DNA of 64,000 nucleotides from Gracilinanus agilis (Eukaryota): assembly GCF_016433145.1 (NCBI RefSeq), contig NC_058134.1:312155007-312219006 (forward strand). Reading direction: 5' to 3'. The stretch's first letter is position 1, and each line of letters opens with the position of its first letter. This document shows positions 23,991-36,656 of the stretch, one piece after another. Below the pieces are notes generated by a model. That model had not been told where the DNA came from, ran no database searches, and was given only the letters and a program-made list of their open reading frames with translations. Position numbers and translations under genes: made by a program.

Positions 23991-25321
23991 GACCTCGGAT
24001 GGGCCAATGAGCTCGAGGGAGATCAGAAAAGACTTCCTGATTGCAAACTGAGGGGAGGTTCCACCAGTTGGGGAACAAACTGTGGCACGCGTTGCTGGTG
24101 GAGTCCTGGGTGCGGTGAGAAATGATAAGCAAGGTGCTTTCAGAAAAAGCTGGAGAGAAGCAAGCAGGAGCAGGAGAGCGCTGTACACGGTGACAGCAAT
24201 GCCGGACGAGGGTGGTCTGTGAAAGTGGGGCTCCTCTCAGCGGCGCAGAGATCTGAGACAGCCCGGAAAGACTTGGGGTGCGGAATGCTCTCCCCCTCCA
24301 GAGAAAGGACGGCTGGAGTCGTCCTTCCCTTCTGTGTCTTTAGGCTTTGGTTGTGTGTGAGTTTGCTTTTACAACCATGACCAATATGGAAGTGGGTTCT
24401 ATATGACAATAAAAATAAAATTAAAAAGGAAAAGACTTCTCGTAGAAATTGGTGCCTGAGTCTAAGGGAGGTGTAAGAGGCTGCACCCAAAGAGGAAGAG
24501 TGTGTCAGTAACCCGAGCCCCTGGGCTCAGCCCTGGAGACACCTGGAAAAGCAGAAGACAGTCGTGCCTTCAAGGAGCTCACCGCAGAGCAGGGCTAGTA
24601 CCTGGGTCCCCTCCTTATATGCAAGGGGGGCTGGGAGGGGTGCTCTGGGGCCTACCATCTGCTTTTTCCAACCCAAGAAAGAGATACTGAGGAGGGGCGA
24701 AGAGCAGAGCTAGTGTGATCTTGGAAGTCAGCAGAGCAGCCAGGTGGGAAACGAGGAGACGGAGCATCTCATCCCTGGAAGACTATTTTAGGCCTGGAGA
24801 CAGATTGTATTGCTGTGGAAATAGAGGGAAAAATGTCATATTGGTTACACGAGTGTCTTGTGTGTTAAAAACCTAGAAAGCTCCGTGGGAGCTGGATTGC
24901 GAGGGGCCGGGAGTTTTTATTTTGTCTCGGAAGCACTTGAGTCTCCCAGGACGGTGATTGGGAAGGACGTTTGGAAGCCCGTCCCCTCAAGGCTACTTGA
25001 CTCTGCATCCCACTAAAAAGAATCAAATCGACCGGATTAAAGAAACGAATGGCACATCGTTGGGGTGAACTTATTTGATGTACATGGAAATGCCAGCCAA
25101 GGATCTTGGGTGGAGAGGAGGGAGAACCCCCACAGGCTGCCCCGGGCCCCAGAAGTGTGCTTCCCCTGAGAAGGCAGAAGAGGGGCCACGGTACACGCCA
25201 CTGACTGAAACATGGGGCTCGTGCCGTCTCCTCACTGGGGGCTCCGCTCCCTCACTTTTTAATCTCCATTCCCACGACTGAGCAGAAGCTGCTCTCGCCC
25301 AGGTCACCGACCTTTTCTGAG

Positions 25322-25358
25322 TTCTTCTTCTGTCTGTCTGTCTCCCTCCCTCTCTCTC

Positions 25359-25399
<41 letters not shown>

Positions 25400-25435
25400 G
25401 TCTGTCTGTCTCTCCCTTCCCCCCTCTCTCCCCTC
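25322..25435. repeat. Compound (TCTG)n/(TC)n microsatellite
   Basis: Direct reading. Confidence 0.95.
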
Positions 25436-25651
25436 ATGATTTAGAGCTTTTTTTTTTTTTCAGTTGACTGTAGATAGCTTTGATTTCTTCTGAAAGCTGC
25501 CAGGCCTGCCCTTTAACCGTGTATCAACTAGGGAATATTTGGCTCTAATTTTTGTCAGTTGGGCTCAGTTCCCTTTATATTTGAGAAGTGAGGCCTTTAT
25601 CAAAGAAACTCACTGTAAAATTTTTTGCCAGCCGAATAATTCTTAAATAGA

Positions 25652-25742
25652 ATTTGCTTACTAATGAGGCAAAAGCAATGATAATACATGTGATGTATGT
25701 ATGTATATATTATCATTGATTTTGCCTCATTAGTAAGCAAAT
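25652..25742. repeat. Near-perfect inverted repeat (35-bp arms, 1 mismatch, 21-nt spacer)
   Basis: ATTTGCTTACTAATGAGGCAAAAGCAATGATAATA (25652-25686) is the reverse complement of TATTATCATTGATTTTGCCTCATTAGTAAGCAAAT (25708-25742) at 34/35 positions. Confidence 0.97.
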
Positions 25743-26379
25743 GTTTAGGTCATAAATGATAAGTCATTCACTCTAGAGAAAATGCAGTAGGGGCAGCTGG
25801 GCGGTACAGTGGGTAGAGGACTAGGTTTGGGGGAAGGTCTGGATTCCAAGGTGGTCCCAGCGATTTAATTTAATGGGAATGGCATTGAGGAAGTAGATGA
25901 GGCTAGGTAGTATTGTCATTTTAATTACAAAGCCAGGAATTGTATACACATAATTACAAAACACCTTTTATACAAATAAAACCACATTTAAATAGTTGGG
26001 AGAAATATTCTTTGTTCCTGGATGGGCAGAGCCTACTTCCACCTCCAAAGATGGAACTGATAAATAGCAAGACATTGTTTTAGACATCTTTTTGTCAAAG
26101 TATGCCTTCCCTAATTAGGGGGAGAGGAGGAAGGGAGAGAGTTAACTGGGTATTTTAATGTATCACAAATAAATTTAAATTTAAAAAAAATGTCTACACT
26201 CCCAAACTCTCCAGCTTTGTGACCCTGGGTAAGTCACTTAGCCCTCTTTGCCTAGCCCTTGCCCTTTTCTCTTAGATTTGTTCCTAAGACAGAAGGTAAG
26301 GATTTTTTTCTTTTAAATCAAGAGAAAGCAGCAGTGATCAGTGTGTCACACACAATTAACCCGTAAAGGTCCCTGCAGT

Positions 26380-27208
26380 AGCTGTAGGGAAGGGGGGCAA
26401 TTACTTCTAGAAGCCCGGTAGGGAGAAACAGGAAGGAGGGCTCCAGGCACTTTGCTGACCTCAGGCCCTTGGGAACAGTTCAGGTGGGACGAAGCTGTTC
26501 TCTGCTACCTGCTCCTCTCTTGCTCCTAATCTTCTCCCTCCCAGGGCAAAGCTTTCGTCTTCGGCTCCGAAGTCGAGGAAATGCAACAAGTTTTTAAAAG
26601 TCTCACATTTAGCCAGAAAGGGCACCGAGCAAGTGCTCGGCTTTGTGATGGCAAACAGAATTGCAGCCTGTTTTCCCTGAAATCAGTCTGCAAAGCAACG
26701 CTTTTCCTTTCACTGCAGCCTCCCAGGCTGATCCTGCTGGGCTCCTGCTGCCTTTTTTCTCTCCTGGAATCTTCAGTGGATCCAGGGGTTGTCCTCGGAG
26801 CCTCCTCTTGGTTGTGATTGGCCTGAGGAGGGAAAGCGCAGACTTTCTGACACAGGCCTTCCCCCTTCTGTCCCAGATGCTCCCGAGGTCCTTTAGGTGG
26901 AGCTAGACAAAGACACACCCTGAGGGTCCCAGGCAGACCCCTTCCCCGCCTGAGTGCCTGCGTAGGACTGCAGAGTCACATCCACACCAGGACCTCTCCT
27001 ACTCCCTGCTGTAAAGAATATAAAAACCTCTGCACTGAGGCATTCTGGGAGCAGCCCCCAGGGTCGCTCCACTCATGCTGTCTTGCTGGCTAATAATTCT
27101 GTGTAATTAGTAAATTTCTCTTTTTTACTTTTAAGCTAAGTGTCGGAGTCCTCTCACTCTTGAGACAGGTTTCTTTCCCGAACCCAGGAGTTCCCCTCCC
27201 CCATATCA
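26380..27208 (+). mobile_element. ERV solo LTR, sense to DENND5B (left boundary approximate)
   Basis: TATAAAA at 27019-27025, AGTAAA at 27109-27114, U5-like end ...CCCATATCA. No PBS follows and no TSD was identified. Confidence 0.7.
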
Positions 27209-28832
27209 CTTTCCAGGTTGTTACCTGACTTACTAGTTGGTAGTTTTACCCTCCCAAACCCTGAGATGCTGCTTCAGTCATTTCTCTTATTCAGACATGT
27301 CCTCTGAGGTCTCTATTTAGTCCTCTTAACCTTTGGCCTCCATTTTTTCTGGAAAACATTTTGGTTTTTGTGTTTGGGGATTTTATCAGGGTTTTCCTGG
27401 TCTATTCATTTTCCTCCTCCTTTCACAAGTGTACTATTCATTTACAAATGGAAAACAGCTTTTCTGGACCTCATTTGATAGACCAGAGTTCCTCACCCCC
27501 ATAGGAGCCTTAGCTAGTTTTCCCCAAAAGGCAACAAAACTGTCCCTGGAGCTTAATTGGCAAATGTCAAACTGTTGCCTCTGGGTAGAATCTGGCCTGA
27601 CTAAGGTCATAAATCCTCATAAAAAGACCCAGCTGGGTGGAGTCAGATCCCTTTGCCCCCATGAGTCCCTGGCAGTGGCCTCCTCTGGGTTGGGCATGTT
27701 TTCATCTACTTGAACCAAGTGCCCCTGTGGAATGAGTGGCTGGGAAGCCTCCTCTGTTAGCTGTCAGATGACCTCTGAGTGAGCAAATAGGGTCTGACTG
27801 AGAGTGGGGCCCAAAGTCAGTCTGTCACAAGCCAGGGAATTTTTACTCCTTTCTAGTCCTTCCTACAAGCCAGCCTGCTCTTGTGTGAAGGAAACAGCAT
27901 TTTACACAGATTGGGGAAGAGTCGAGGAAGGCCTCTGAACAGAACAAGGGGAAAGGAATGGTGACTAAGGAATGCTAAAAATTAAGGAGGCAGAGGAGGT
28001 AATTAAAGAGATGGGCTCCTGCAGGAGATGAGAGTAGTGGGATCCAAGGTGTACAAGCGGGAGCTGATGTTAGGAAGAAGAAGGGACATTTCTTCCAAGG
28101 CTGGAGCAAAGGAGAAAAGAATGAGAGATAAAAGAGATGAGATTTGGGGCAGGAAATAAGGGAGAAGGAGTTTATGTTGATGGCCCCAATTTTGCAGCAA
28201 TGTATGATAGCAAGGTCTTTTTTTGAATTGGGAATGGTGCAGGTAGATGAAGGAGAGAAGAGAAGGTTTGGAGCACATTGCATAAAACGAGGCAGGAAGC
28301 ACACGGCAGCAGCTGCACCCATGTGATATCAATTTATAGTGGACCGGAACAAAGTTGGGCAACTTCCTCCAGGGGCGTTAAGCAATTAATATAGAAAACA
28401 TTCAACTGGATACCTGGAGGGGACTTGGCTCCGCTCTCTATATGTTTGAGAAATGAGACTTAAATCAGAGAAATTTACTGTAAAAATTTCCTGTATTTTC
28501 TGCTTTTCTTCTAGTCTGGGACTGTTGCATTGGTTTTGTTGTGCAAACCCGTTTTAATGTAATATAATTAGAATTGTCTGTTTTATGTCCCCTAATGCTC
28601 TCTTTATTTGGTTATAAATTCTTTCCTGAGATTTGGGAATTCCTTTAATGAATAGACCAGGCCTGTGACTCAGAGCATGAGGAGTTGGAGCAAAGGCTTA
28701 GGGCAGTATACATTAGGAATAATTTGTTATTTTTAAAAATTAATTTGTTTGTTACATTAAGATTTCTGGCTAACTCCCTCCCCTCTCTGCACTAGGGAAG
28801 GCATCATTTGGAAAAAAGATACATGATAAAAG

Positions 28833-29005
28833 GACAGCCAGGTGGACCCAGTAGATGGTCTAGAGTTGGGTGGTCCTGGGTTCAAATGTAGCCACAGACA
28901 CGTCCTAGCTGTGTGACCCTGGGCAAGTCACTTAACTTTGTTTGCCTAGCCCTTGCCCTTCTGTCATAGGGTTGTTACTAAGACAAAGAAATATAGGGAT
29001 TAAAT
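28833..29005 (+). mobile_element. Marsupial CORE-SINE
   Basis: gtcctgggttcaaat...cctagctgtgtgaccctgggcaagtcacttaac...gcctagcccttgcccttctg. Confidence 0.85.
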
Positions 29006-29008
29006 TTA

Positions 29009-29640
29009 TGATTGGACTAAATATAAGAATATGTGGTCACCAATTTAAAAATAATTAATACAGCTCAGGTCAGAAATGACTCTTTAGCAGCTTTATTTAC
29101 AAAAAGAGAAGAAGGGTGAAAGTAGAGAAATATGAAAGAGGGTAGAGTAAGATATCTAACCTAACACTAAATATTTGCTCCAGCCCCTGACTCAACCCAG
29201 GCAGGGCTAATTAGCCCTCAGCTGGAGGGCCGGGTGGTGAATACCTCTCCGGAAACTAATCTCTCCAGAAGCCAGGAAAGGAGTTAGCTTTTCACTCACC
29301 CAAGCAGTGGCTCCAAAGGGAGAAGATCCAAGAGCAGTCTTACCAGAGTCCCCTTGGCCTCCTTGCTCCATATTCAGCCCAAAAACCTCCTGTCAGGAAG
29401 TTTCAGCCTCTTTTAAAGACCTTTCTTAACGTCACTTCCTGTCCCGCCCTCCACTTTTATGGGGACCAATTACAGTCTTTAAATTTGCTTAGCACTGTCC
29501 AGGGGGGCAGTCGGTGGCTTCTGGAGGTGTAAACCACTTTAGGAGGTGGTTTGTGGACCTCCCCTGTTTAAGTAGGAGTGTCTTCATTTTTTGGTTGATT
29601 AAATTTAAAAGTAATAAGGGGAGAGTTAATCCTATCTTCA
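29009..29640 (-). mobile_element. ERV solo LTR (same family as 35408-36069)
   Basis: Shares ccacttt.a..ggaccaat..cagtctt.aattt.cttag.actg and ggggagagttaatcc with the 35.4-36.1 kb copy. Confidence 0.7.
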
Positions 29641-31975
29641 GAGAGAGAGAAACTGTTTTACTTGTTTCTCTTGGTCACTTCTTTCTCTGGAGGTGGATAT
29701 GCACACATTATTCTTCGTACAGAATTTCTGTCCCTGTTGATGATTTTCTCTTGCTTCTGCTCATTTCCTCCTCCTCATTTCACGCAGGTCTTTTCCAGGC
29801 TTTTAAAAAATTCGCCCGCCCGTCATTTCTCCTGACGCAGCAGTACTGTGAAAGGTCTTCCAGGGAAGGTTTCTGGGTTTATGAGATTGTTCTTCCAGCA
29901 GGTGACTAACTCGGAGCACTGGGCTAGCTCAGGCTCGTTATGCAGAACAGAAATGATTTTTCCCCTGCTGGGAGCCCCCCAGAGGCACGAGAGGAGAACC
30001 CCTCAGAGAAATAAGGGTACCCATCAGGTTTCCATCAAGTCAGTGCAGATGGCAGAGCCCTGCATGGATCCCTGTTGTTTGAAAATCAGGCCACGGGATG
30101 GATGGATAACCCAATCAGACCCCTCTGTGTGACTCTCTTCTGACCAACACTTTTTATTATTGAAATTATTATAATCTATGTACATTTTTTAGGATAGCCT
30201 TGAGTAGTATAGATATGAAAATTCCCTTATAGAAATTCCCTTATGAAAAATCCCTTTATAGAAATCCCCTAATTAATTACTCTATAATAAACCAGCATTT
30301 AATGAGTTAACAGTTCATACTCTCAGTAAAATAGCAGAAGCTGCTTTAATCTTTTGCTCTGTCTCAGGAGTTTGAAGGACACAGTATGAATAAGCCAAAA
30401 TATTCTCACGCTTTACTACTTTCCCACGTTAGACTTGTCCCCCCGAATTTGAGAGTTCTCACACTTTATTCTGCTTTTGAAATACATTGAAGGTTCTTTT
30501 TATTGAAATAAAACTTAGATAAAGTAGGGTTTTGGTAGTCTTGAAGACTGTTTAGACTAGGTATAATCTTTTTTATACCTAGTTCAGTGTGCCAACTCTT
30601 ATGTAATTGGTATAACCTTGAGTTCTTCTATGTTTTGATTTTGAAATGTAAATTTTCCCAGCATTTGTGTGACTGTGCGAGAAAGGTATAAAAAATAAAA
30701 TTTCACAGGAAGTGCTCAGAACAGCTTCCACAAATCCACTGTGTCTCCGACTCTCTTCTTTCTTCCCTAAACTGAATACCTTCCCAGATCCCCGGAGCTG
30801 CTGGCTGGCTTCCAGGGCTCCCCATTATTCATGGAGTGTTTAATGAAGACTTCGTAGTTCATACATGTTCACACTTGGCCTCTAACACAAGTAGAGTGAA
30901 CATTCATGCTTTACTCGCTAAGAAGATTAATATCATAATCATCAGTTTATGTAGCTTTCTGCCTGTTGGGAAGGGGACATTCATGTTGCTCCCTCTTGGT
31001 CTCTCCAACATCGCCCCACCCTGGCTCCTCTCAGAACAAGAGCAGATCTTGGAAAGGGGGAGCAGTGAGCCATTGTTTGGGAACAGATGGGACTTTTTGT
31101 CACTTGACTGATCATGAAATCCAGCCTGAACTTGAAAGTGAAGCCTGTACTTCTAGCAGAAGAGCAGGCTGGAGGGATGAGCAAGGGTAAAAAAATTAGA
31201 GCAGAAATAAGAAAAGTATATTGGGAAGAAACCCCAGAACCATCCTGGTTCCCTCACTCCCCCTTCAGCTTCTCTCTGTCCAGCCCTTAGACTACCATGT
31301 TTCTGTACTGTTTTTCTGTCCTGATGTTGCTGAAAATCCCTTTAGCATGATTCTTCAGTAGCAAACTCAGAATGATCATCTCTCCAGGAGCAATGACATC
31401 TTTAACTACTCACTAATACAAGCATTTCATTGTACACTGGTCCAGAGGGCTGTGGTCCTCTCTCGCACTCACATTCCCCAGGCCTGAGCCCACACGGACT
31501 CAGTCAGGTTCGTTCCTGAGGGAATCGTGTGCTGAAGAAAGGCTGTTTTCATCTGTTCTGCCTGACTCATTAAAGGCCATGCAAAAAATGACCAAACCAA
31601 AGCGTCCTTTCTAGAAAGATGCTCACCGTTCCTCTTCATTTGACAACAGTTCTTTAATTCCATGTTTCTATTCTTCTTGCTTCAGTGGCTGTACAAGAGA
31701 ATCTCTGAGTTTAATTTTCAGTAAATAAGTTCCAGATTGTAAAGCAGTAAGCAGTGATTTTCCAAGCTGCCCTCATTCAGCATTTTCTGTGGGGAAAGTT
31801 TGGCTTCCGTGGGAAACTGAGTCTGTCCTCTCACATGATCCTCAGGTGGTCAGAACAGGGGCTCACAGAAATGTTCAGTGACCCCAGCAAGTTGTAAGGA
31901 TTACAAGATTATAAGGATTATAAGAACGGTTTGACTAAATGTAGGAGTTAAAAAAGAATTGTTGTGGTCGCCGTT

Positions 31976-32191
31976 TATAAAATTAACTTTTTTTTTTTTT
32001 AACCCTTGTACTTCGGTGTATTGTCTCATAGGTGGAAGATTGGTAAGGGTGGGCAATGGGGGTCAAGTGACTTGCCCAGGGTCACATAGCTGGGAAGTGG
32101 CTGAGGCCGGATTTGAACCCAGGACCTCCTGTCTCTAGGCCTGGCTCTCACTCCACTGAGCTACCCAGCTGCCCCTATAAAATTAACTTTT
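31976..32191 (-). mobile_element. Opossum-type SINE (SINE-1_MD-like), full length, with 16-bp TSD
   Basis: TSD TATAAAATTAACTTTT at 31976-31991 and 32176-32191. Confidence 0.97.
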
Positions 32192-32821
32192 AATTCATGA
32201 GGCTGATTAGTAGCTTTACACAAGGTAGAACTAGTAAGGAGGGAAATACAAGAAGGAGGTAGAAAATATTGCCCAGCTAAAGGCCAGTCTGAAGACATCC
32301 ACCTGGACTCCGACAAAGGCTCTCAGGTGCGATCTCCAGCCAGGAGTCCTGGTGGTCTCTTCAGCAGGGGCCGTCCCCCGCAGGCACCAGCAGAGACGGC
32401 CTCCCTCAGCCAGAACCACCAGGGCAGTAGAAATGAAGCAGAATGGCCTCGGCTGGCTTTTATGAGCAGTTTTCTCTGCCACTTCCTGTCTCTCTGGGTT
32501 CTCCTGCCTTTCGCTGTGGGCTGCTCTGTCACATCTCAGGAGGAACCAATCAAAGTCTCTCAATTTGCCTGGGGGGTGGGAGTAGGGGGGCAGTGCTTGT
32601 GGTCCTTTAGTAAGTGTGAACTCTTTGTTAGGGACTTAGTGTAAAGTAGGGGTGCTTCAGGCTCCTCCTCATCGATTCACTTCGACAAAGGGAATAAAAA
32701 ATGCCCTTTCACGGAGGGCTGAAGCTGGGGGGAGCCCCTGTTTTCGTGGGCTTCCTTTAAGCATCGGCCCATTGCCAGGTAAGCTCTCTGCCTGACCTGA
32801 CTTTGCCTTCATTCCCCACAG

Positions 32822-33488
32822 CTTTGTATGCCGAAAGGGCTGTCGTTCAGGACTCACAAGGACAGCAGAGACCCCCAGTTCCATTCCTTTATCATCACCC
32901 GGGAAGACGGCTCGCGCACCTACGGCTTCGTGCTCACCTTCTATGAGGAGGTGACGAGCAAGCAGATCTGCACGGCCATGCACACCCTGTACCAGATGCA
33001 CAATGCCGAGCGTTACAGCGGCGTCTGCGCCTCGTCCTCCTGCAGTCTGGACTCCCTCACCGGCAGCATGGATGAGGGAGATGCAACGTCCCTCGCCAAG
33101 CTCCAGCGCTACAACTCCTACGACATCGGCAGAGACACCCTGTATGTCTCCAAAAGCATTTGTCTGATCACTCCTCTGCCCTTCATGCAAGCTTGCAAGA
33201 AGTTCCTGCTTCAGCTCTATAAGGCCGTGAGCTCCCAGCAGCCCCCACCCTTACCGCTCGAGAGCTACATCCACAACATCCTTTACGAGGTGCCCCTTCC
33301 TCCCCCGGGCAGGTCGCTCAAGTTCTACGGTGTTTACGAGCCTGTCATTTGCCAGAGGCCCGGACCCAACGAACTCCCCCTTTCAGACTATCCTCTTTGG
33401 GAAGTCTTTGAGCTTCTGGGGCTGGAGAATCTCGTTCAGGTGTTCACATGTGTTCTTCTAGAAATGCAGATTCTCTTATATTCGCAAG
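32822..33488 (+). CDS. DENND5B: DENND5B exon 3 (667 nt; uDENN/cDENN): [43 protein letters not shown]...[11 protein letters not shown]
   Basis: Acceptor CCCCACAG (AG 32820-32821), donor CAAG|GTGAGT. ORF-track entry 32828..33535 covers it. DENN-family motifs present. Confidence 0.98.
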
Positions 33489-33502
33489 GTGAGTCCTTAT
33501 TT

Positions 33503-33762
33503 TTGTTGTGGTTCACCATACTCAGTCGGGTCTGACTCTTTGTGATCCCATTTGGAGGGGTTCTTGGCAGAGATTGTGGAGTGGTTGCCCATTTCCTCCT
33601 CCATCTCATTTTACAGATGAGGAAACCAACGCAAACAGAGTTGAGTGTTTTTTCCAGGGTTGCACAGTTTTAGTAAGTGTCTGAGGCTAGATTTGAACTC
33701 AGGAAGATGAGTCTTCCCGCCTTCAGGTCTGGCATTCTATCCACTGTGCCGCCTAGCTGCCC
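33503..33762 (-). mobile_element. MAR1-type CORE-SINE immediately downstream of exon 3
   Basis: gactctttgtgatcccatttgg...ttcttggcagag...cattttacagatgaggaaac...ccactgtgccgcctagctgccc. Confidence 0.88.
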
Positions 33763-34109
33763 CATTACTTCTCTCATATCATCATAATTTCTTGTTATGC
33801 TCTAATTCCAATAACATCCTCCCTCACAAATAAAGGGAAATTATTTTTTAAAAATACTTTATCTGAAAACATTTTGCAGCATCCTGTCTTCAGATTTGCC
33901 ACCTACCTGCCAGGAAGAAAACACACTTCATTAGTGTACCCTAGAATAGAAATTAGAGGTTGCCTTTAGTCTCCGATCAGTCTCGGCTGCCCCTGAGGGC
34001 TATCCTCATCAGAGTCAGTGTGGAGGTTGTGTTCATCGGTGCCCCCGTCCCCTTTTGTCCCCTGTAGCAGTTCATAGGAACCTTGCCCTAGTTCTCGAAT
34101 GTTCTAATA

Positions 34110-34800
34110 GGGGTGTTTTTTATTTTTCTTTATTTTATTCCAGTAACAAATGTACACCTAAGTGTTCCAAGGCTACATGATTCTTGTTGTCTCCCTCCCC
34201 TCTTCCATCCTCCCTTCTGGAGCTGACAAGAGATTCCGCTGGGTTGGACATGCATCATTGTTCAGAACCTGTTTCTGCTTATTCCTTTTTGTCAGAGTGA
34301 TCTTTTAACGCCCAACCCCCCATCCTGCAGCCAGATAAACAAGGGATCAATCACAAATTCTCTTCTGCTTTTCCGCTCCCACAGTTCTTTCTCTCGATGT
34401 GGAGAGCCGCTTTCTCCAAGTCCCTCGGCACAGTCCTGGCTCATTGCGTGCTGCTGGTAGCAAGTCAGTTACACGGATCGGGCTACAATGTATCCTGTGC
34501 ACAGCTTCTCCCGGTTGTGCCCATCTCACCCTGCACCCAGCTCTTTCTGAAAGCACCTGCCTGTTGTTCCTTACAGCACAGTAATAGTCCATCCATAGCT
34601 GTATATTTTGAGCAGAGTGGTACTCCCTTTACACCTACCCGAAGGCTATATTTTGTTTGCTTCCCAACAGGTGAACCCCCTCTTTGTTCCTAGATCTTTC
34701 CTTCTCTCTCTTCTGCCTCTCTGTGGCTTTTCCAATGTAATTCTAAATTGTTTTCCAAAGCCCCTGAACCATTTCCATTTCCATCTATAGTACATCAGTA
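34110..34800 (-). mobile_element. L1 3'UTR fragment
   Basis: T-rich tail and reverse-complement marsupial L1 3'UTR. Confidence 0.7.
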
Positions 34801-35407
34801 CACAAGGCAACTGAATTCAGAGATTTCTCCTGTTCCAGAGGATAAATAATAAAAGAAACCTTCTCAAAGGAGAGGAATACTGACACTCCGGATGCTACAC
34901 ATATCACTGAGTTTTACTTAAGTGGTTTAGTGTTACCAGGGAAGGTTCTGTGTCTGGGGGGTAGAGGGGACGGATGGAGGGCCGCTGGACGCAAAAGCTG
35001 TTTTGGAAAATGGATGTGGTGTCAAAAACAAAAGGCTTCAGTGTTTTATCCAGGCTCTCTTCACACAACCATATCACCACTGGTCCTTCGTCTTTTACTC
35101 TCTCTCAGTCTGATAAGGGCGATGGAAAACCTTAAAAGAGTTTTTCATTAACGTTTCCTGTACTGGTAACTTCTCCATTTTTCAAGGAGATTTAGTAACT
35201 TCTGCCCTGTCCGCTCTTCATGCCACACTTTTGTAAACTACACAGTTGTTTGCTGTTATACTTCAGTGAACCATGAAGGTGTAGAGCCACGTGGAGAGTT
35301 TTCAAACACTCACCCACGTCTCTCCAGCATATTATGATTTTAACATGGTTGGAGAGCCGGCATATGGCAGAGGCAGTTTTGTTATTAAAAAATGGAAGGA
35401 GCCAAGT

Positions 35408-36216
35408 TGTGGCAGTGTGCCCTGGGCCTCTTTATGAAGGGAGAATAACTTTAGAGACATGGAAATGAAGCAGAAGAAAATTACCTGGTGATACTTGGGA
35501 ACTGAGTGAACAGGAAAACCATTTCTCTCAGACTAAAAGTGAGATGATACAACAGCCAATAAATGCAAGGACACTGTCATTCATGTCAGCCTTCAGCCAA
35601 GGGCCCGGTGATGAATAAAGCAAGGACTCCAGCCACAAAGCCTCTTCCAAGATGGGGGCCTCTCCAGAGGCTAGTCCATACAGAAGGCCAGGAAAGGATT
35701 CAGCCTTTTTATTCACCCACATGGTAGTCCTAAAGGAAGGTCCAAGAGCTGCCTCACCAATGTCAGGGTCTCAGGTCCATAAAGCAAATCCTTCACCAGC
35801 CTCCAACTCTAAACTCCAAAGAACTCCCCCTCACAGGAAGTTACAACTGCTTTTAAAGATGTTTCTTTGCGTCACTTCTTGTGCCTTCCTCCACTTTACG
35901 TGGACCAATCGTAGTCTTAGAATTTTCTTAGGACTGGCAGTCAGTCATTTCTCATTTGTCACCCACTTTTAGCATACATGGTTTATAGACCTCAAGCATA
36001 ATGTGGGGTGTATGCACTTCTGGAATTAAATCTAAAAGTGGACAGGGGAGAGTTAATCCCATTTTCACAATCCCCTGTGTGATCCTTTGGAAAACTAGTC
36101 TCCCCGATGGATCATTTGACATAATCAACTTGTACCCCTAAAAATCTTCTAACTACAGGTGCATACAATATTGCATCTTCTAAGAGGAAACTACAATAGT
36201 TAGAGATAAGAGGGAA

Positions 36217-36257
<41 letters not shown>

Positions 36258-36570
36258 ACACACATTGACAAAAGGCCAATAATTAGGGGGCAGTCCCCTT
36301 TGGCATAAGAGTTCACATTCAGAAAAAATGTATTCAACCCCTTTCAGTTCAATCAATTGCACCCCAAAGTTCATTCTTGATCTTCTTGATTCAGTGTAGG
36401 TTTCGGCAAGCATCTTTCTCCAGACGATTCATTTTCTGAATTCAAGGAGTTAGCAAGCTTCTTTCCCTGAAATTTTTCTCAAACAAAATTTTAAATCATG
36501 GATTTTATAAAAATATATACAGGTTTGAAGTCTCAAATGCAGAGAATTGAATGAAACTGTTGGCTCTAGA
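35408..36570 (-). mobile_element. ERV remnant: 3' LTR (35408-36069) plus adjoining non-coding internal sequence (36070-36570)
   Basis: On the minus strand a short purine tract (AGGGGAT) precedes TGTGAAAATGGG. The internal part is homologous to 61340-62240 (cattgacaaaa.gcc, ggggcagtcccct.tggcataagag, gcaccccaaagttca). Confidence 0.65.
36220..36252. repeat. (GA)n microsatellite
   Basis: Direct reading. Confidence 0.95.
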
Positions 36571-36656
36571 GCTTCTTAGGCCAAAGACTTGGAGTTTCTA
36601 CCTGAAAGAAGATTTAATATGCTAAAGAAGTTTGAAAATATATATGTAATATACAT

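Noticed and set aside
30860-30908. Small imperfect hairpin (atgttcacacttg...caagtagagtgaacat)
   Set aside because: Only about 13 bp of stem with a bulge; compatible with chance in 64 kb and too short for a pre-miRNA.
32762-32784. Possible 17-nt microexon with a strong donor CAG|GTAAGC just upstream of exon 3
   Set aside because: The residual intron to the exon 3 acceptor would be only 43 nt and 17 nt is frameshifting; probably a silent cryptic site.
32669-33190. 173-aa antisense ORF over exon 3 (also 49238..49549 over exon 5)
   Set aside because: These are shadow ORFs caused by high GC3 of the sense exons, which depletes stops on the opposite strand.
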